A DNA stretch of 63,781 nucleotides, filler included, from Octopus bimaculoides (GCF_001194135.2; 7 parts of 7 records of this genome joined end to end with filler, not necessarily neighbours in it), one strand, 5' to 3'; shown: positions 13,175-25,300, counted from the first letter of the whole stretch. Numbers and translations: made by a program. Notes: generated from the sequence alone by a model not told the origin.

Positions 13175-14660
13175 CAAACAGGGGGTATCAAATTATTGGA
13201 TCAAGTGATGAAAGTTACGGAGAGGGTCATAGCCCAACTAATTAGGAAGAGAGTTAGCCTAGATGAGATACAGTTTGGTTTTGTGTCAGACAGAAGCACC
13301 ACTGATGCTATATTTCTGGTTAGACAACTGCAGGAGAAATATCTAGACAAAGATAAACCTCTGTACATGGCTTTTGTTGACTTGGAGAAAGCCTTTGATA
13401 GGGTCCCCCAATCCCTTATCTGGTGGTCAATGTGGAAACTGGGGATAGACGAGAGGCTGGTAAGAGCTGTACAAGCTTTGTACAGGGATGCTGTCAGTAA
13501 GGTGAGGGTTGGCAACGAGTATAGGGAAGAATTCCAAGTAGAAGTAGGGGTTAACCAGAGGAATTCAAGACAAGCTGCTCCTCTTTGCTGATGACCTTGC
13601 TCTAATAGCCAAGTCAGTGCAGAACTAGAGACGAAGCTTAGGTGTGGATGCAAGGTCTAGAATTGAAGGGCCTTAGGGTTAACCTAGCAAAAGCCAAAGT
13701 CTTAGTAAGTAGGAAGGCTGTCAAATCACAATCCCCTTTTAGTGTGTTCAGCAAAAAAATAAACGCATGTGCAAGAAGACAATCATCAATGTCAAAAACA
13801 GAGGTTTGTATGGAAACTAGCTACAATACTCATGTCTGCTGATATCAGATAGTTTCTCTTCAGTGAAACGAGGAATATATTACAATGATATGTAGTGTGA
13901 AATTTATCCACTTGCAAGAAACCAAAGAAATAAATAATTTTGTATCTCACTTTTTTTTTTCTTTTTTCTGTATTAATATGCATTTAAAACCTGCATATGG
14001 TCCTGCTCGATCTGTAGAAAACATGTGTGTAGAAACTCCATATGATGTACCCGATGTAAGCTATGGACACATAAAAGGTGCAGCAATATCAAAGGGAGGT
14101 TAACTGGGAAAATAGCTTTTTTGTGTGGCAAATGCACAGGGGCAATAAACACTGAAGATATACAGAAAATAGATTCCATCACATGCCAGGGGAAGAAGCT
14201 AGAAGTAGTTAACAGCTTCCGCTACCTAGTCTGTAGTGGGGGTGGTTGCTCTGAGAGTGTAGCAGCTAGAATAAGAATAGCTTGGGCAAAGTTCAGGGAG
14301 ATCCTGGCAACTAAGGGCCTTTCGCTCAGGGTGAAAGGTAGACTGTATGATGCATGTGTGTGAACTGCTATCTTACACGGCAGTGAAACATGGGCCATGA
14401 CTGCTGAGGACATGTGTAGGCTTGAAAGAAATGAAGCTAGTATGATCTGCTGGATGTGATCAATGCCAGGCCCGCTTGACTGGCACCTCTGTTAGTGGCA
14501 CTTAAAAAGCACCCACTACCCTGTCAGAGTGATTGGCATTAGGAAGGGCATCCAGCTGTAGAAACATTGCCAGATCAGACTGGACCCTGGTGCAGCCGCT
14601 GGTGCTCCAGACCTCAGACAAACCGTCCAACCCATGCCAGCATGGAAAACGGACGTTAAA
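13175..14660 (+). mobile_element. RTE-clade LINE, 5'-truncated RT with a PHD-like finger and 3' tail
   Basis: QFGFVSDRSTTDAIFLVRQLQEKY...AFVDLEKAFDRVP (13022-13591 ORF), LLFADD at ~13580-13595, KGRLYDACV*TAILHGSETW, then the RTE tail and (TTA)n. A foreign insert lies at 13740-13992. Confidence 0.9.
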
Positions 14661-14662
14661 CG

Positions 14663-14715
<53 letters not shown>

Positions 14716-15004
14716 TATAATATTCATCATCATCATCAGTATTTTTTGTGTTATTATTATTGGTGTTTTCCTTGTAAATATTTTTTGAGGCTATTTACTT
14801 AACCTTATTCTCCATTATTTTTACTAAAGCTGATAATGTTGTTGTCATTGTTGTTGATATAACAAATTTTTTCCATTATTTACTTTACTTAGTTGGATTT
14901 GTCTTTCATTGTTTGGTTTAAATCATAACCTTATAAATAATTGTATCACAACCACAAATTAGTTAGCAGATGATTTAAAAACAAAAATAGAATCAAAAAT
15001 ATAT

Positions 15005-15047
<43 letters not shown>

Positions 15048-15780
15048 NNNNNNNNNNNNNNNNNNNNNNNNNNNNNNNNNNNNNNNNNNNNNNNNNNNNN
15101 NNNNNNNNNNNNNNNNNNNNNNNNNNNNNNNNNNNNNNNNNNNNNNNNNNNNNNNNNNNNNNNNNNNNNNNNNNNNNNNNNNNNNNNNNNNNNNNNNNNN
15201 NNNNNNNNNNNNNNNNNNNNNNNNNNNNNNNNNNNNNNNNNNNNNNNNNNNNNNNNNNNNNNNNNNNNNNNNNNNNNNNNNNNNNNNNNNNNNNNNNNNN
15301 NNNNNNNNNNNNNNNNNNNNNNNNNNNNNNNNNNNNNNNNNNNNNNNNNNNNNNNNNNNNNNNNNNNNNNNNNNNNNNNNNNNNNNNNNNNNNNNNNNNN
15401 NNNNNNNNNNNNNNNNNNNNNNNNNNNNNNNNNNNNNNNNNNNNNNNNNNNNNNNNNNNNNNNNNNNNNNNNNNNNNNNNNNNNNNNNNNNNNNNNNNNN
15501 NNNNNNNNNNNNNNNNNNNNNNNNNNNNNNNNNNNNNNNNNNNNNNNNNNNNNNNNNNNNNNNNNNNNNNNNNNNNNNNNNNNNNNNNNNNNNNNNNNNN
15601 NNNNNNNNNNNGTGTGAAATTTATCCACTTGCAAGAAACCAAAGAAATAAATAATTTTGTATCTCACTTTTTTTTTTTCTTTTTTCTGTATTAATATGCA
15701 TTTAAAACCTTTAGACGAGAGATGTCGAGTTGTTGAGTTTCACAGTCAGTGATGATCTGTTCCCATAATAATATCTAATG

Positions 15781-15920
15781 GGCACAGGAGTGGCTGTGTG
15801 GTAAGAAGTTTCTTCCCAACCACATGGTTCCAGGTTCAGTCCCACTGCATTGTGCCTTGGGTAAGTATTTTCTACTATAGCCTTGTCAGTGGGTTCAGTA
15901 CACAGAAATTGAAGGATGCT
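15781..15920 (+). mobile_element. SINE family B head (tRNA-like plus CORE-like)
   Basis: ggcacaggagtggctgtgtggtaagaag...ggttcagtcccactg...ccttgggtaagt; the same head as 49865-50320. Confidence 0.75.
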
Positions 15921-15924
15921 TGTC

Positions 15925-15960
<36 letters not shown>

Positions 15961-16015
15961 ATGTGTGTGTGTGTGTGTGCGTGTGTATGTATGTACGTAT
16001 GTATATGTATATACA

Positions 16016-16882
16016 TACTATATTTTGGGACACAAAGGTGCACCCCAATTTTGGAAGGCCTAATCTACCAAAAAAAACTGCTATCAACCCCATTTCTCCT
16101 AGTTGAATGTCTCACACATTTTTGTGTATAGGAACCATAAAAATTTTGACTGGTGCCCTTTGGTAAGCTATTATACAAGGGGTGTTCATTAAAGATTTCT
16201 TCTGACCTACTTCCCAAAGACTAGGATAAACAAAACTTGGCATAATTATTAGTCCTTCTCGACATAGCCACCACTAATGGTGACACACTTCTCCCATTGC
16301 TTTATGCAGCTGTGAAGACCTCATCTGTAGAAGTCAGTAGGTTGTGTCTGAACCAAGACTTCACCTTCGAAATAAGTTCATCATCATCTGAAAAGTGCTT
16401 TCCCTTCAAAAAAGACTTCATGGTTGGAAAGAGGTGGAAGTCAGATGGTACGAGGTTAGGAGAGTAAGGGAGATAAGGAAGGATTTCATAGCTGCAGGAG
16501 TCTGCTTTCATCTGGGCAACATGCACATTGTGAACTGGGGCATTGTCTTGGAGGAGGTAGACCCCTTTGGTTAGCACATCATGCCTCTCTGCTTTGATGT
16601 TGTCCCTCAATTTCTAAAGTAGAGAAGCATAGTATGTCTTGTTAAGTCTGGTGCCCTTTCTCAGAAAATCTATCATCACTATTCTGTGCTGGTCCCAAAC
16701 AACTGTTAGTATCACCTTGCCTGCCGAGGGCTGGACACGAGGGTTGTCACCAGTACTGTCCATCATTAATAATATTAACCAAGTCTACCCAATGCCTGAC
16801 CTTCAGAATATAAGGCACAGAGGAGCTTTTGTGGGAAATTTCAGGGTAAAAAAGTACACTCTATATACTGGAAAATATGGCA
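16016..16882. mobile_element. pogo/Tigger-like MITE, host to a nested mariner fragment
   Basis: Ends tactatattttgggacacaaaggtgcac ... gtacactctatatactggaaaatatggca resemble decayed taccgtattttccgg-type TIRs. Confidence 0.4.
16174..16730 (-). mobile_element. mariner transposase C-terminal half with 3' TIR
   Basis: AGKVILTVVWD...LLQDNAPVH...YSPNLVPSDFHLF (ORF 16302-16610); TA+CAAGGGGTG TIR at 16174. Confidence 0.85.
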
Positions 16883-17072
16883 TATACACTCAAAATGAGG
16901 AGTGGATAGACAGCCAACAGCTGATGAAGGGTTATTCTTTGTGTTACTTGTCCTGTTTTCCATTTATTTCTCTCATTGTTTGCGTATTGAACTCATTTGT
17001 TTTCGTATTTCATGTTGTTTACTGTTGGTGACGTCCTGTACCCATATATGCATGTGTGTGCGTGTGTTTATA

Positions 17073-17172
17073 NNNNNNNNNNNNNNNNNNNNNNNNNNNN
17101 NNNNNNNNNNNNNNNNTTAATTAATTAANNNNNNNNNNNNNNNNNNNNNNNNNNNNNNNNNNNNNNNNNNNN
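17073..17172. other. Scaffold-join spacer (44 N + TTAATTAATTAA + 44 N), artificial
   Basis: An exactly 100-bp spacer that recurs at 23251-23350, 45498-45597, 58010-58109, 60219-60318 and 62359-62458. The 12-mer puts a TAA stop in all six frames. Confidence 0.95.
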
Positions 17173-17211
<39 letters not shown>

Positions 17212-17229
17212 TACACGTACACGTATACA

Positions 17230-17685
17230 TATACATATATATAGAACGGTAATATGAAAATGAGATAACGAAGGAATAAATGGTTATCTTATCAACAACT
17301 TCATTACCTTACAGCTGTTTCTGTTATGAGATGCAGTAGACTCATAACTGAGGGCCTGAGTAACACCTTATAATCTCATCGGGACTCGAATATGAAGTGC
17401 AATTTATATAGGAAAGAATTACACTTGTGCCTATATAGTGAATGACATTCACAATAGCAGAAAGAGCTGCAAGGTTATGAAGTTCACTCGATAATCATTT
17501 ATTGGTTTGTCGTCTTTCTTTCTAATTACATCTCTACACTCGGGTAACACTTCGTTCTGAAGTATACGTTTATTGAGATCTATATCGGGTTATTAATCTA
17601 ACAATGTCTAAGCGAAGTGTTAAAACATATAGATATATGTATAGAAGTAGGTAGTTAGGAAGACAAAGAGGCAGAGAGGCAGACT

Positions 17686-17722
<37 letters not shown>

Positions 17723-19205
17723 GTATGTATGTATGTATGTATGTATGTATGTATGTATGTATGTATGTAGGTAGGTAGGTAGGTAGGTAGGTAATTAGTT
17801 AGGTAGACAGATAGATAATTACTTAGGTAGATAGATAGATAGATAGACGGAGACAGACAAACAGTCAGCCAGACAGATAAATATATATATATNNNNNNNN
17901 NNAGAGAGAGAGAGAGAGAGAGAGAGATAATTAGTTTAAGTAGATGGATAGTTGGATGGATGGTTGATTTGAGGTCAGTACCTGTGGAAGAGATATGAGC
18001 TGGAAGGACTGGTTGTAGTGGGATAGTGCGGACACAACAGGGGTGGTGAGAAGAAGAGAAACGAGTTGATCAGGAATGTTTGAACAGGGATTGCATGAAC
18101 CCTGCAGGGTCAAGGAAGCGGAGGTCATTGTAGTGAACATGAGGAAAAGAGAGAGGACACAGCGCACACCTACGTGTAGGGAACAGTAATGTGTCTGTAA
18201 TAGAGGAGCTGTCTATTTCCTGGTGGTTGAGTGGATACCAAATTATTGTAATTCTCATATGATACAAGAGCAGATAATGTATGCCTGTCCAGTAAAACGT
18301 TTACAGAAACTATCATCAATAGACAGAATGGCGAACAAAATATCTTTTGGTATTTAAATAACTTCGAGAAAAACGTGGTTCATGTTGTGCCGCTCAGAAG
18401 GGTAGGCATGAATAGTCCAAATAGACCAAGAATAATCCAAAAGAACCAGCAAGATTTGGCCAAATTTTATTGAATATTATTGGAATTCCTAGGATCTATT
18501 TTACGAATTGAGACCATAAAGTCCGTTCATTATATCGAAATTTTATAGAATGCGTTTTGTTGAGATGGATTACCAATATTGATAACATCGAACGATCGAA
18601 CAAATTTGGATCAATTCATGCTGTACATAAAACTGAACGGATAATAGGTCGATATCCTACATTAATAATTGATGTAAACAGTGAAGATGCATATCAAATT
18701 TGATCTCGAATGTAAAAGGCGAAAACTGAACACGTTTAGAAAAAAAGTTGGAAACCTGATGTTAGATAACCACATGATGTATTACGTGATTCGGTAGAGA
18801 AGATATGTGACAGATGACAGGTATAACGATAGATATATAGATTGATGTTCGGAAGGTGGTTTAGGGCACAGTGGTTGTAAAAAACTAAATATTTGTCGAT
18901 AGACAAGCTGACAAAGAAATTTGTACAGAAGATGCATTAATGAAATGCCAGAGTTAAGTAAAGGTGTGAAGACGGGATAGAAAAGAGTGAGATGTAAAAC
19001 TCGGAAAGGAAGAGTTAATGTCAAGTGAAAAGGGAAAATAAAACAAAACGCACGGAAACGTGCGCATGTGCATTTGAAAGAGCAACCTAAAACAATATCA
19101 GTGCTTTTTGAAAATATTTATTCTTACAGCTGTTTCCACATATCATACTAACACTAGTGAAGTAGCGTGTGAGACTCACATAACCAGCGATTCTTTTATG
19201 AGACT
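17230..19205 (-). mobile_element. Degenerate Penelope-like element with hammerhead half-motifs at both ends
   Basis: ttacagctgtttc (minus strand GAAAC-AGCT-GTA-A) at 17309-17321 and 19124-19136. Pyrimidine-rich minus-strand PLE-like remnants at ~17950-18270 and ~18860-19020. Confidence 0.4.
18340..18760 (+). mobile_element. gypsy-like integrase remnant
   Basis: Frameshifted SCCAAQKG...EPARFGQILLNIIGIP and EIL*NAFC*DGLPILITSND, resembling the CAARKG / PFERIAxDILGP and FxxxGxPxxIxSD integrase motifs. Confidence 0.4.
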
Positions 19206-19211
19206 CTCTTA

Positions 19212-19275
<64 letters not shown>

Positions 19276-19324
19276 AAAAGATAAAATATATATACAGAGT
19301 GCGGTGAATATATATATATATATT

Positions 19325-19547
19325 CCCTTATTCCTTTACTTGTTTCAGTCATTTGACTGCGGCCATGCTGGAGCACCGCCTTTAGTCGAATCAAATCGAC
19401 CCCAGGACTTATTCTTTTGTAAGCCTAGTACTTATTCTATCGGACGCTTATTGCCGAACCGCTAAGTTACGGGGATCTAAACACACCAGCATAGGTTGTC
19501 AAGCGATGTGTTGGTGGTGGGGGGACGAACACAGATACACAACATAT

Positions 19548-19590
<43 letters not shown>

Positions 19591-19640
19591 TACGACGGGC
19601 TTCTTTCAGTTTCCGTCTACCAAATCCACTCACAAGGCTA
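19325..19640 (-). mobile_element. SINE family B (tail and body)
   Basis: cctttacttgtttcagtcatttgactgcggccatgctggagcaccgcc...gccgaaccgctaagttacgggg. Further minus-strand copies at ~32355-32935, 35070-35250, 41865-42123 and 45066-45415. Confidence 0.8.
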
Positions 19641-19689
19641 TATATAAATGTATTCATCTAAATTACGCAAAAATTAAAATAACACTGAC

Positions 19690-20290
19690 ACCTCATTTTA
19701 ACATACAATTACCAAAATTACATAAAAGTATCTTGAAATACTAAAGAGTAAATTTATTCAATAAAATCACCATAGGCTTCAAATACAGTCTCCTTGTTTA
19801 AGTTGATGAATGCTGCCGTAATCCTTGCAAGGAATTTTGTTGATCTCTCGCTCAACTGTGCCTGCAGCCTGGGGAGTCAGGTGGCCAGATGCTTGGGGTG
19901 ATGTAGCCGTAGAAATTATCTGACAGCCATGAATGGGTTCTCCTGCTTGCATGGCATGGTACAGAGTCCTGTTTCCCGACATAGGGTCTTCCAGTAGCCA
20001 CCCTCTTGATCCAGGGCAGCACTACCTCCTCCAGGCACTTGATGTAGGCCTTCATGTTGAGTGTGAGGCCGTGTGGGAAGAGGACTGGAGGAATAACATT
20101 GCCATCACTAGTGATCACTCCAAACACCATGATGTTGACTGGATGTTTGATTTTTATCACTCTCGGTACATGTCCCCAGATTGCACTGTCTCTGATCGGC
20201 ACCCAAACACTCTGAAATGTTCATATTGGAGCTTCCGGCATGAATACCAAGCAGAACAGCATGTCATTTTCAAATTTCTGGCTGAGTGAA
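19690..20290 (-). mobile_element. Tc1/mariner transposase fragment (maT/DD37D-like by motif)
   Basis: ORF 19852-20202: KHPVNIMVFGVITSDG...KQDSVPCHASRRTHSWL...IWPPDSP. The third catalytic Asp is deleted, so the D-to-D spacing cannot be counted. Confidence 0.75.
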
Positions 20291-21016
20291 TTGCGTCACG
20301 GTGCAGTTTTTCTCACAGACGGTACCCAACTGACCCTACTATACTGTGTAGTCGACAAAATCAAAAACAAACAATTCACATGCACGAAATAAAAAATATA
20401 AAATGGTGACAATTTACCTATCGCNNNNNNNNNNNNNNNNNNNNNNNNNNNNNNNNNNNNNNNNNNNNNNNNNNNNNNNNNNNNNNNNNNNNNNNNNNNN
20501 NNNNNNNNNNNNNNNNNNNNNNNNNNNNNNNNNNNNNNNNNNNNNNNNNNNNNNNNNNNNNNNNNNNNNNNNNNNNNNNNNNNNNNNNNNNNNNNNNNNN
20601 NNNNNNNNNNNNNNNNNNNNNNNNNNNNNNNNNNNNNNNNNNNNNNNNNNNNNNNNNNNNNNNNNNNNNNNNNNNNNNNNNNNNNNNNNNNNNNNNNNNN
20701 NNNNNNNNNNNNNNNNNNNNNNNNNNNNNNNNNNNNNNNNNNNNNNNNNNNNNNNNNNNNNNNNNNNNNNNNNNNNNNNNNNNNNNNNNNNNNNNNNNNN
20801 NNNNNNNNNNNNNNNNNNNNNNNNNNNNNNNNNNNNNNNNNNNNNNNNNNNNNNNNNNNNNNNNNNNNNNNNNNNNNNNNNNNNNNNNNNNNNNNNNNNN
20901 NNNNNNNNNNNNNNNNNNNNNNNNNNNNNNNNNNNNNNNNNNNNNNNNNNNNNNNNNNNNNNNNNNNNNNNNNNNNNNNNNNNNNNNNNNNNNNNNNNNN
21001 NNNNNNNNNNNNNNNN

Positions 21017-21051
<35 letters not shown>

Positions 21052-21134
21052 CATACAGGGTGTTCCAAAAGTCACTGATGAGTTTCAATTGATAATGATA
21101 TATGTGGTATTCACTGAACATAGGTAGAGTGGGA

Positions 21135-21233
21135 AGACCTGGAATTTGTTCAGGGTATACCACAGATGAAGCACGGATAAACAAAGAAAATACTTTCATA
21201 CAAAAATACGAACCAAGACTTAACAAACTTTAA
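21135..21233 (+). mobile_element. Penelope-like GIY-YIG C-terminal fragment
   Basis: DEARINKENTFIQKYEPRLNKL* resembles the RxxxExxFIxKFxPxLN terminus of PLE endonucleases. Confidence 0.4.
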
Positions 21234-22124
21234 CAGAGTACATACACAAATAACTATTCACGCACAAAATTCATTCTGCCATTTATCATGAGGAAGCNNN
21301 NNNNNNNNNNNNNNNNNNNNNNNNNNNNNNNNNNNNNNNNNNNNNNNNNNNNNNNNNNNNNNNNNNNNNNNNNNNNNNNNNNNNNNNNNNNNNNNNNNNN
21401 NNNNNNNNNNNNNNNNNNNNNNNNNNNNNNNNNNNNNNNNNNNNNNNNNNNNNNNNNNNNNNNNNNNNNNNNNNNNNNNNNNNNNNNNNNNNNNNNNNNN
21501 NNNNNNNNNNNNNNNNNNNNNNNNNNNNNNNNNNNNNNNNNNNNNNNNNNNNNNNNNNNNNNNNNNNNNNNNNNNNNNNNNNNNNNNNNNNNNNNNNNNN
21601 NNNNNNNNNNNNNNNNNNNNNNNNNNNNNNNNNNNNNNNNNNNNNNNNNNNNNNNNNNNNNNNNNNNNNNNNNNNNNNNNNNNNNNNNNNNNNNNNNNNN
21701 NNNNNNNNNNNNNNNNNNNNNNNNNNNNNNNNNNNNNNNNNNNNNNNNNNNNNNNNNNNNNNNNNNNNNNNNNNNNNNNNNNNNNNNNNNNNNNNNNNNN
21801 NNNNNNNNNNNNNNNNNNNNNNNNNNNNNNNNNNNNNNNNNNNNNNNNNNNNNNNNNNNNNNNNNNNNNNNNNNNNNNNNNNNNNNNNNNNNNNNNNNNN
21901 NNNNNNNNNNNNNNNNNNNNNNNNNNNNNNNNNNNNNNNNNNNNNNNNNNNNNNNNNNNNNNNNNNNNNNNNNNNNNNNNNNNNNNNNNNNNNNNNNNNN
22001 NNNNNNNNNNNNNNNNNNNNNNNTGGGAAAAGACTGGAAAACGATATTTCAAGAGTAATTACATATCGAAACAGAAAATTGGAAAAATGTTTTGTATAAT
22101 TATGTTATATAAATATATACTATG

Positions 22125-22164
<40 letters not shown>

Positions 22165-22189
22165 GTATGTTTACTATATATATATAATA

Positions 22190-22790
22190 ATAATATTAGG
22201 GATAAAATCCAAAATTACAGGTAAAAACTCAATTAAAATCAATTTATTAAAAATTAAAATTAAATTAAGTTTCACAGAGTAAAATATATATAAATATATA
22301 GTTTTAGGGAAAAGAACCAAGGTTCATGGACTCATCGATGAAAATCCACTGTCACATGGATCTAAAAAATGAAAGTTATGCGTAGCAAAAAAATCTCATA
22401 TTCTTCTTAGTTCCAAGAATTTCACCACACTGCTTAATTCCAGATTTGAAATTTTTAGGAGGTGCAAACACAGGGACAGGTTTCTTTTGTCAAACTGAAG
22501 AATACCATCTGCTCCGGATTGACTTGTTGTCTCACAGACTTTGGCGTATTTTCTTTTATTTCGTTCTAAGCCAGCTGCATTAATTGTGGTTTCTGCAACC
22601 AGGGAGGACAGGGGCCTTAGCTCTCTTGCTTTTTGTTTCTTTCTCATCTTTCCTTTTACTGCATAAAACTTCTTCGTGTAATCTCTTATTTTCTCATTGT
22701 CCAGCGTCCAAATATTGAAGGTATATCTAACGCATAGACAGGCTCTGAAAGGGTATTTGGTGATATATGGCGTATTTTAGAAACATGCCT
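22190..22790 (-). mobile_element. Probable retroelement remnant (PLE-like thumb/linker?)
   Basis: A stop-free minus frame of about 125 codons (22396-22776), purine-rich, with weak resemblance to PLE linker regions. No clear host-gene homology. Confidence 0.3.
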
Positions 22791-22928
22791 ATCTGAATTA
22801 TCATAAATACATACATATATACATACATGACCTGTCCTTCTTTCCTTGTATCTTCTATGTGGATGTTTTGTCCCTTTCTTGTATCACATAACTGTCTGGA
22901 TGTTTTGCGTCCTTGTCCCATTCTGTAT

Positions 22929-23022
<94 letters not shown>

Positions 23023-23076
23023 CGTATATATACGTATATATGTGTATGTGTGTGAGTGTGTGCGTGTATATATACA

Positions 23077-23250
23077 CACGAGGGGGCGCTGAAAAGTTCC
23101 TGGCTTTGGGTAAAAGAAAATACAGGAGGATCAGTTAATTATGATTTTATTCAACATATTCTCCTCTCAGATTCTCACACTTATTACAGTAGTACTTTTG
23201 TTTTTCTAATCCCTGTAAAAGAACTCAGAAGGCTGGGCTTCCAACCAGGC
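23077..23250 (-). mobile_element. mariner 3' end with TIR
   Basis: cacgagggggcgctgaaaagttcctggc TIR; the minus strand ends ...RGEYVE*, a typical mariner transposase terminus. Confidence 0.75.
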
Positions 23251-23579
23251 NNNNNNNNNNNNNNNNNNNNNNNNNNNNNNNNNNNNNNNNNNNNTTAATT
23301 AATTAANNNNNNNNNNNNNNNNNNNNNNNNNNNNNNNNNNNNNNNNNNNNCCAAGGTGCCAGAACTCAGATCTATGTGTTTGGTAGATAGATAGATACAT
23401 TTCTTTTATTAGCCACACAGGGCTCAACGAAGATGGGACAAATACAATGTAGAGCTTTTCTTTTTGGGAGGGGAAGGAAAAAAAAAGGGGGGGGCGATCA
23501 AAAGGGATCGTAGGAAGGAAAAGGGGGTAGTTCGATCAAAAGGGATCAAAAAAAAAAAAAGGGCGATCAATAGGGATCG

Positions 23580-24101
23580 TGTATCACACAGTAATGTTCT
23601 CGTGTAAAAGGAGGGGAGGACAGTTTAGGTTTGGCCGTGGAAAGAAAAGCCTAAGATAGATAGATAGACACACGTGACCACACAGTTGCAAAACAAGGTA
23701 GAAGAAAAATAGTACTTGAATACCAACGGTAAACTCAAATACTATTTTATTGAAGATAGAAAAAACTTTGCTAACTCTTAGTCTATGTTTCACGTCATCG
23801 TTCATCAGACAGCTGTTATAATAATGGCTTCAAGAAAATAGTATATATATTCATAACTAATTAGTTGAAGTGTTGGTGTATGCATGATGTTCCGGTGATA
23901 TGATGAGCTGGCTTTCTTTATTTGCATTAATTTGTGAATATACAATTTTATTGTATATTATTACAAACCTGTATGAATAATTTCTTCCATAAGGAAATTA
24001 ATACGACATGAAGAAGATTGCGAAATGGATCTAATCCTATGTAAGCCACGTGCTTACATAGATAACTATATGTTCACCTGTCATAACTCCTGAATTTCTA
24101 T

Positions 24102-24176
<75 letters not shown>

Positions 24177-25300
24177 TGTGAGTGTTTGTGAGTGTGTGTG
24201 TGAGTGTGTGTGTGTGTGAGTGTGTGTCTGTGCGCGCGCATGATGAGATAAAGTATATAGGGTAACAGATGATGTACAACATGAGCAACAATCTAAAGGA
24301 GGGCTTGTACAATATCGTTAAGTTAGATTACAGTGAGGGGTAAAAAGACCATGCACTTTGGGCTCTCGCTTTTCATTGGAGAGTAGAGAAATGTAAAAAT
24401 ATTGTTAACCGAACTTCTTTGCCAGAGCTGAGAGAAAAATGGTCGGGTGCTTTAAAAGAGAGTAAAGAGAGAGGAAAATGTTGTTGACCTGGATCCTTCA
24501 CCAGAGACTATAGAAAGACGATGCTGGTTTGGCTTATTCTTATTATTAGAGAATCGGCAAAAACACAGCCTTTGGACTGGCCTTTCTCTCTTTAACAAAG
24601 TGGACAGAAAGTGGGTGTTGTTTGTCTCACTGAAGGCAGAGAAGGAGGAGTGAAAAATATATAGAGTCGCAATGAAGAGATCTACTAGTATATGAAAGCT
24701 GGATGTGAGGGAGGGAATGAACGGAAAACAATAAACACGGAGTGGTGTGGTAGTAACCGGATGTTGGTCAGACTTCTAAAAATTGAATCTGACATAGGTC
24801 GAGATAGTGGTGAGGTCACCACAATGAAAGGTTGTATCGAACACACCTAGAAAATAGTACAAGCAACTAAACCTACAACTGATATACAAAACTTCAAGCT
24901 GGATTTTGTCCTTTTGATCTTGTTTGCTCTGATTACTTTATTTAAATATAATTGTCAACATTTATGATATGATTTTATTTCTTTATATTAAAGTGTATAA
25001 ACCTATAGTATCAGTGACTCTCACTTGGCAACATATTAAAGTATTATTATGATAAATTTAGTGAAGGGGAGCTATGGAGAGTTAGGTAGAAGCCAAGAGA
25101 AACAGAGTAAATATGAAGGCATTGTGAGAAGTATGGAATAAACGAGGGACAATAAACAAGAGTGTAATAAGCAAAGTATTTCGTTCTATCATAATTGTAT
25201 CGTAAATTTTTATGATATCAGTTGCATTCATTTTGATTCATATTTTATGCTGCCGTTATTGTTCTTGTTGAAAGCTTTGTCAAGCTGTGTCTATTATTAA
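23580..25300 (-). mobile_element. Degenerate Penelope-like element
   Basis: Minus-strand remnants at 24330-24840 resemble the PLE thumb (SxxSSHP region). A CTGATGA-hairpin-GAAAC core lies 3' of them at 23787-23808. Interrupted by (CA)n. Confidence 0.35.

Noticed and set aside
13750-13900. U3/box C-D snoRNA-like words (cattgatgattgtcttc ... ctga) on the minus strand of the RTE insert
   Set aside because: Boxes A and B and the terminal stem are not convincingly present; the similarity is limited to short words.
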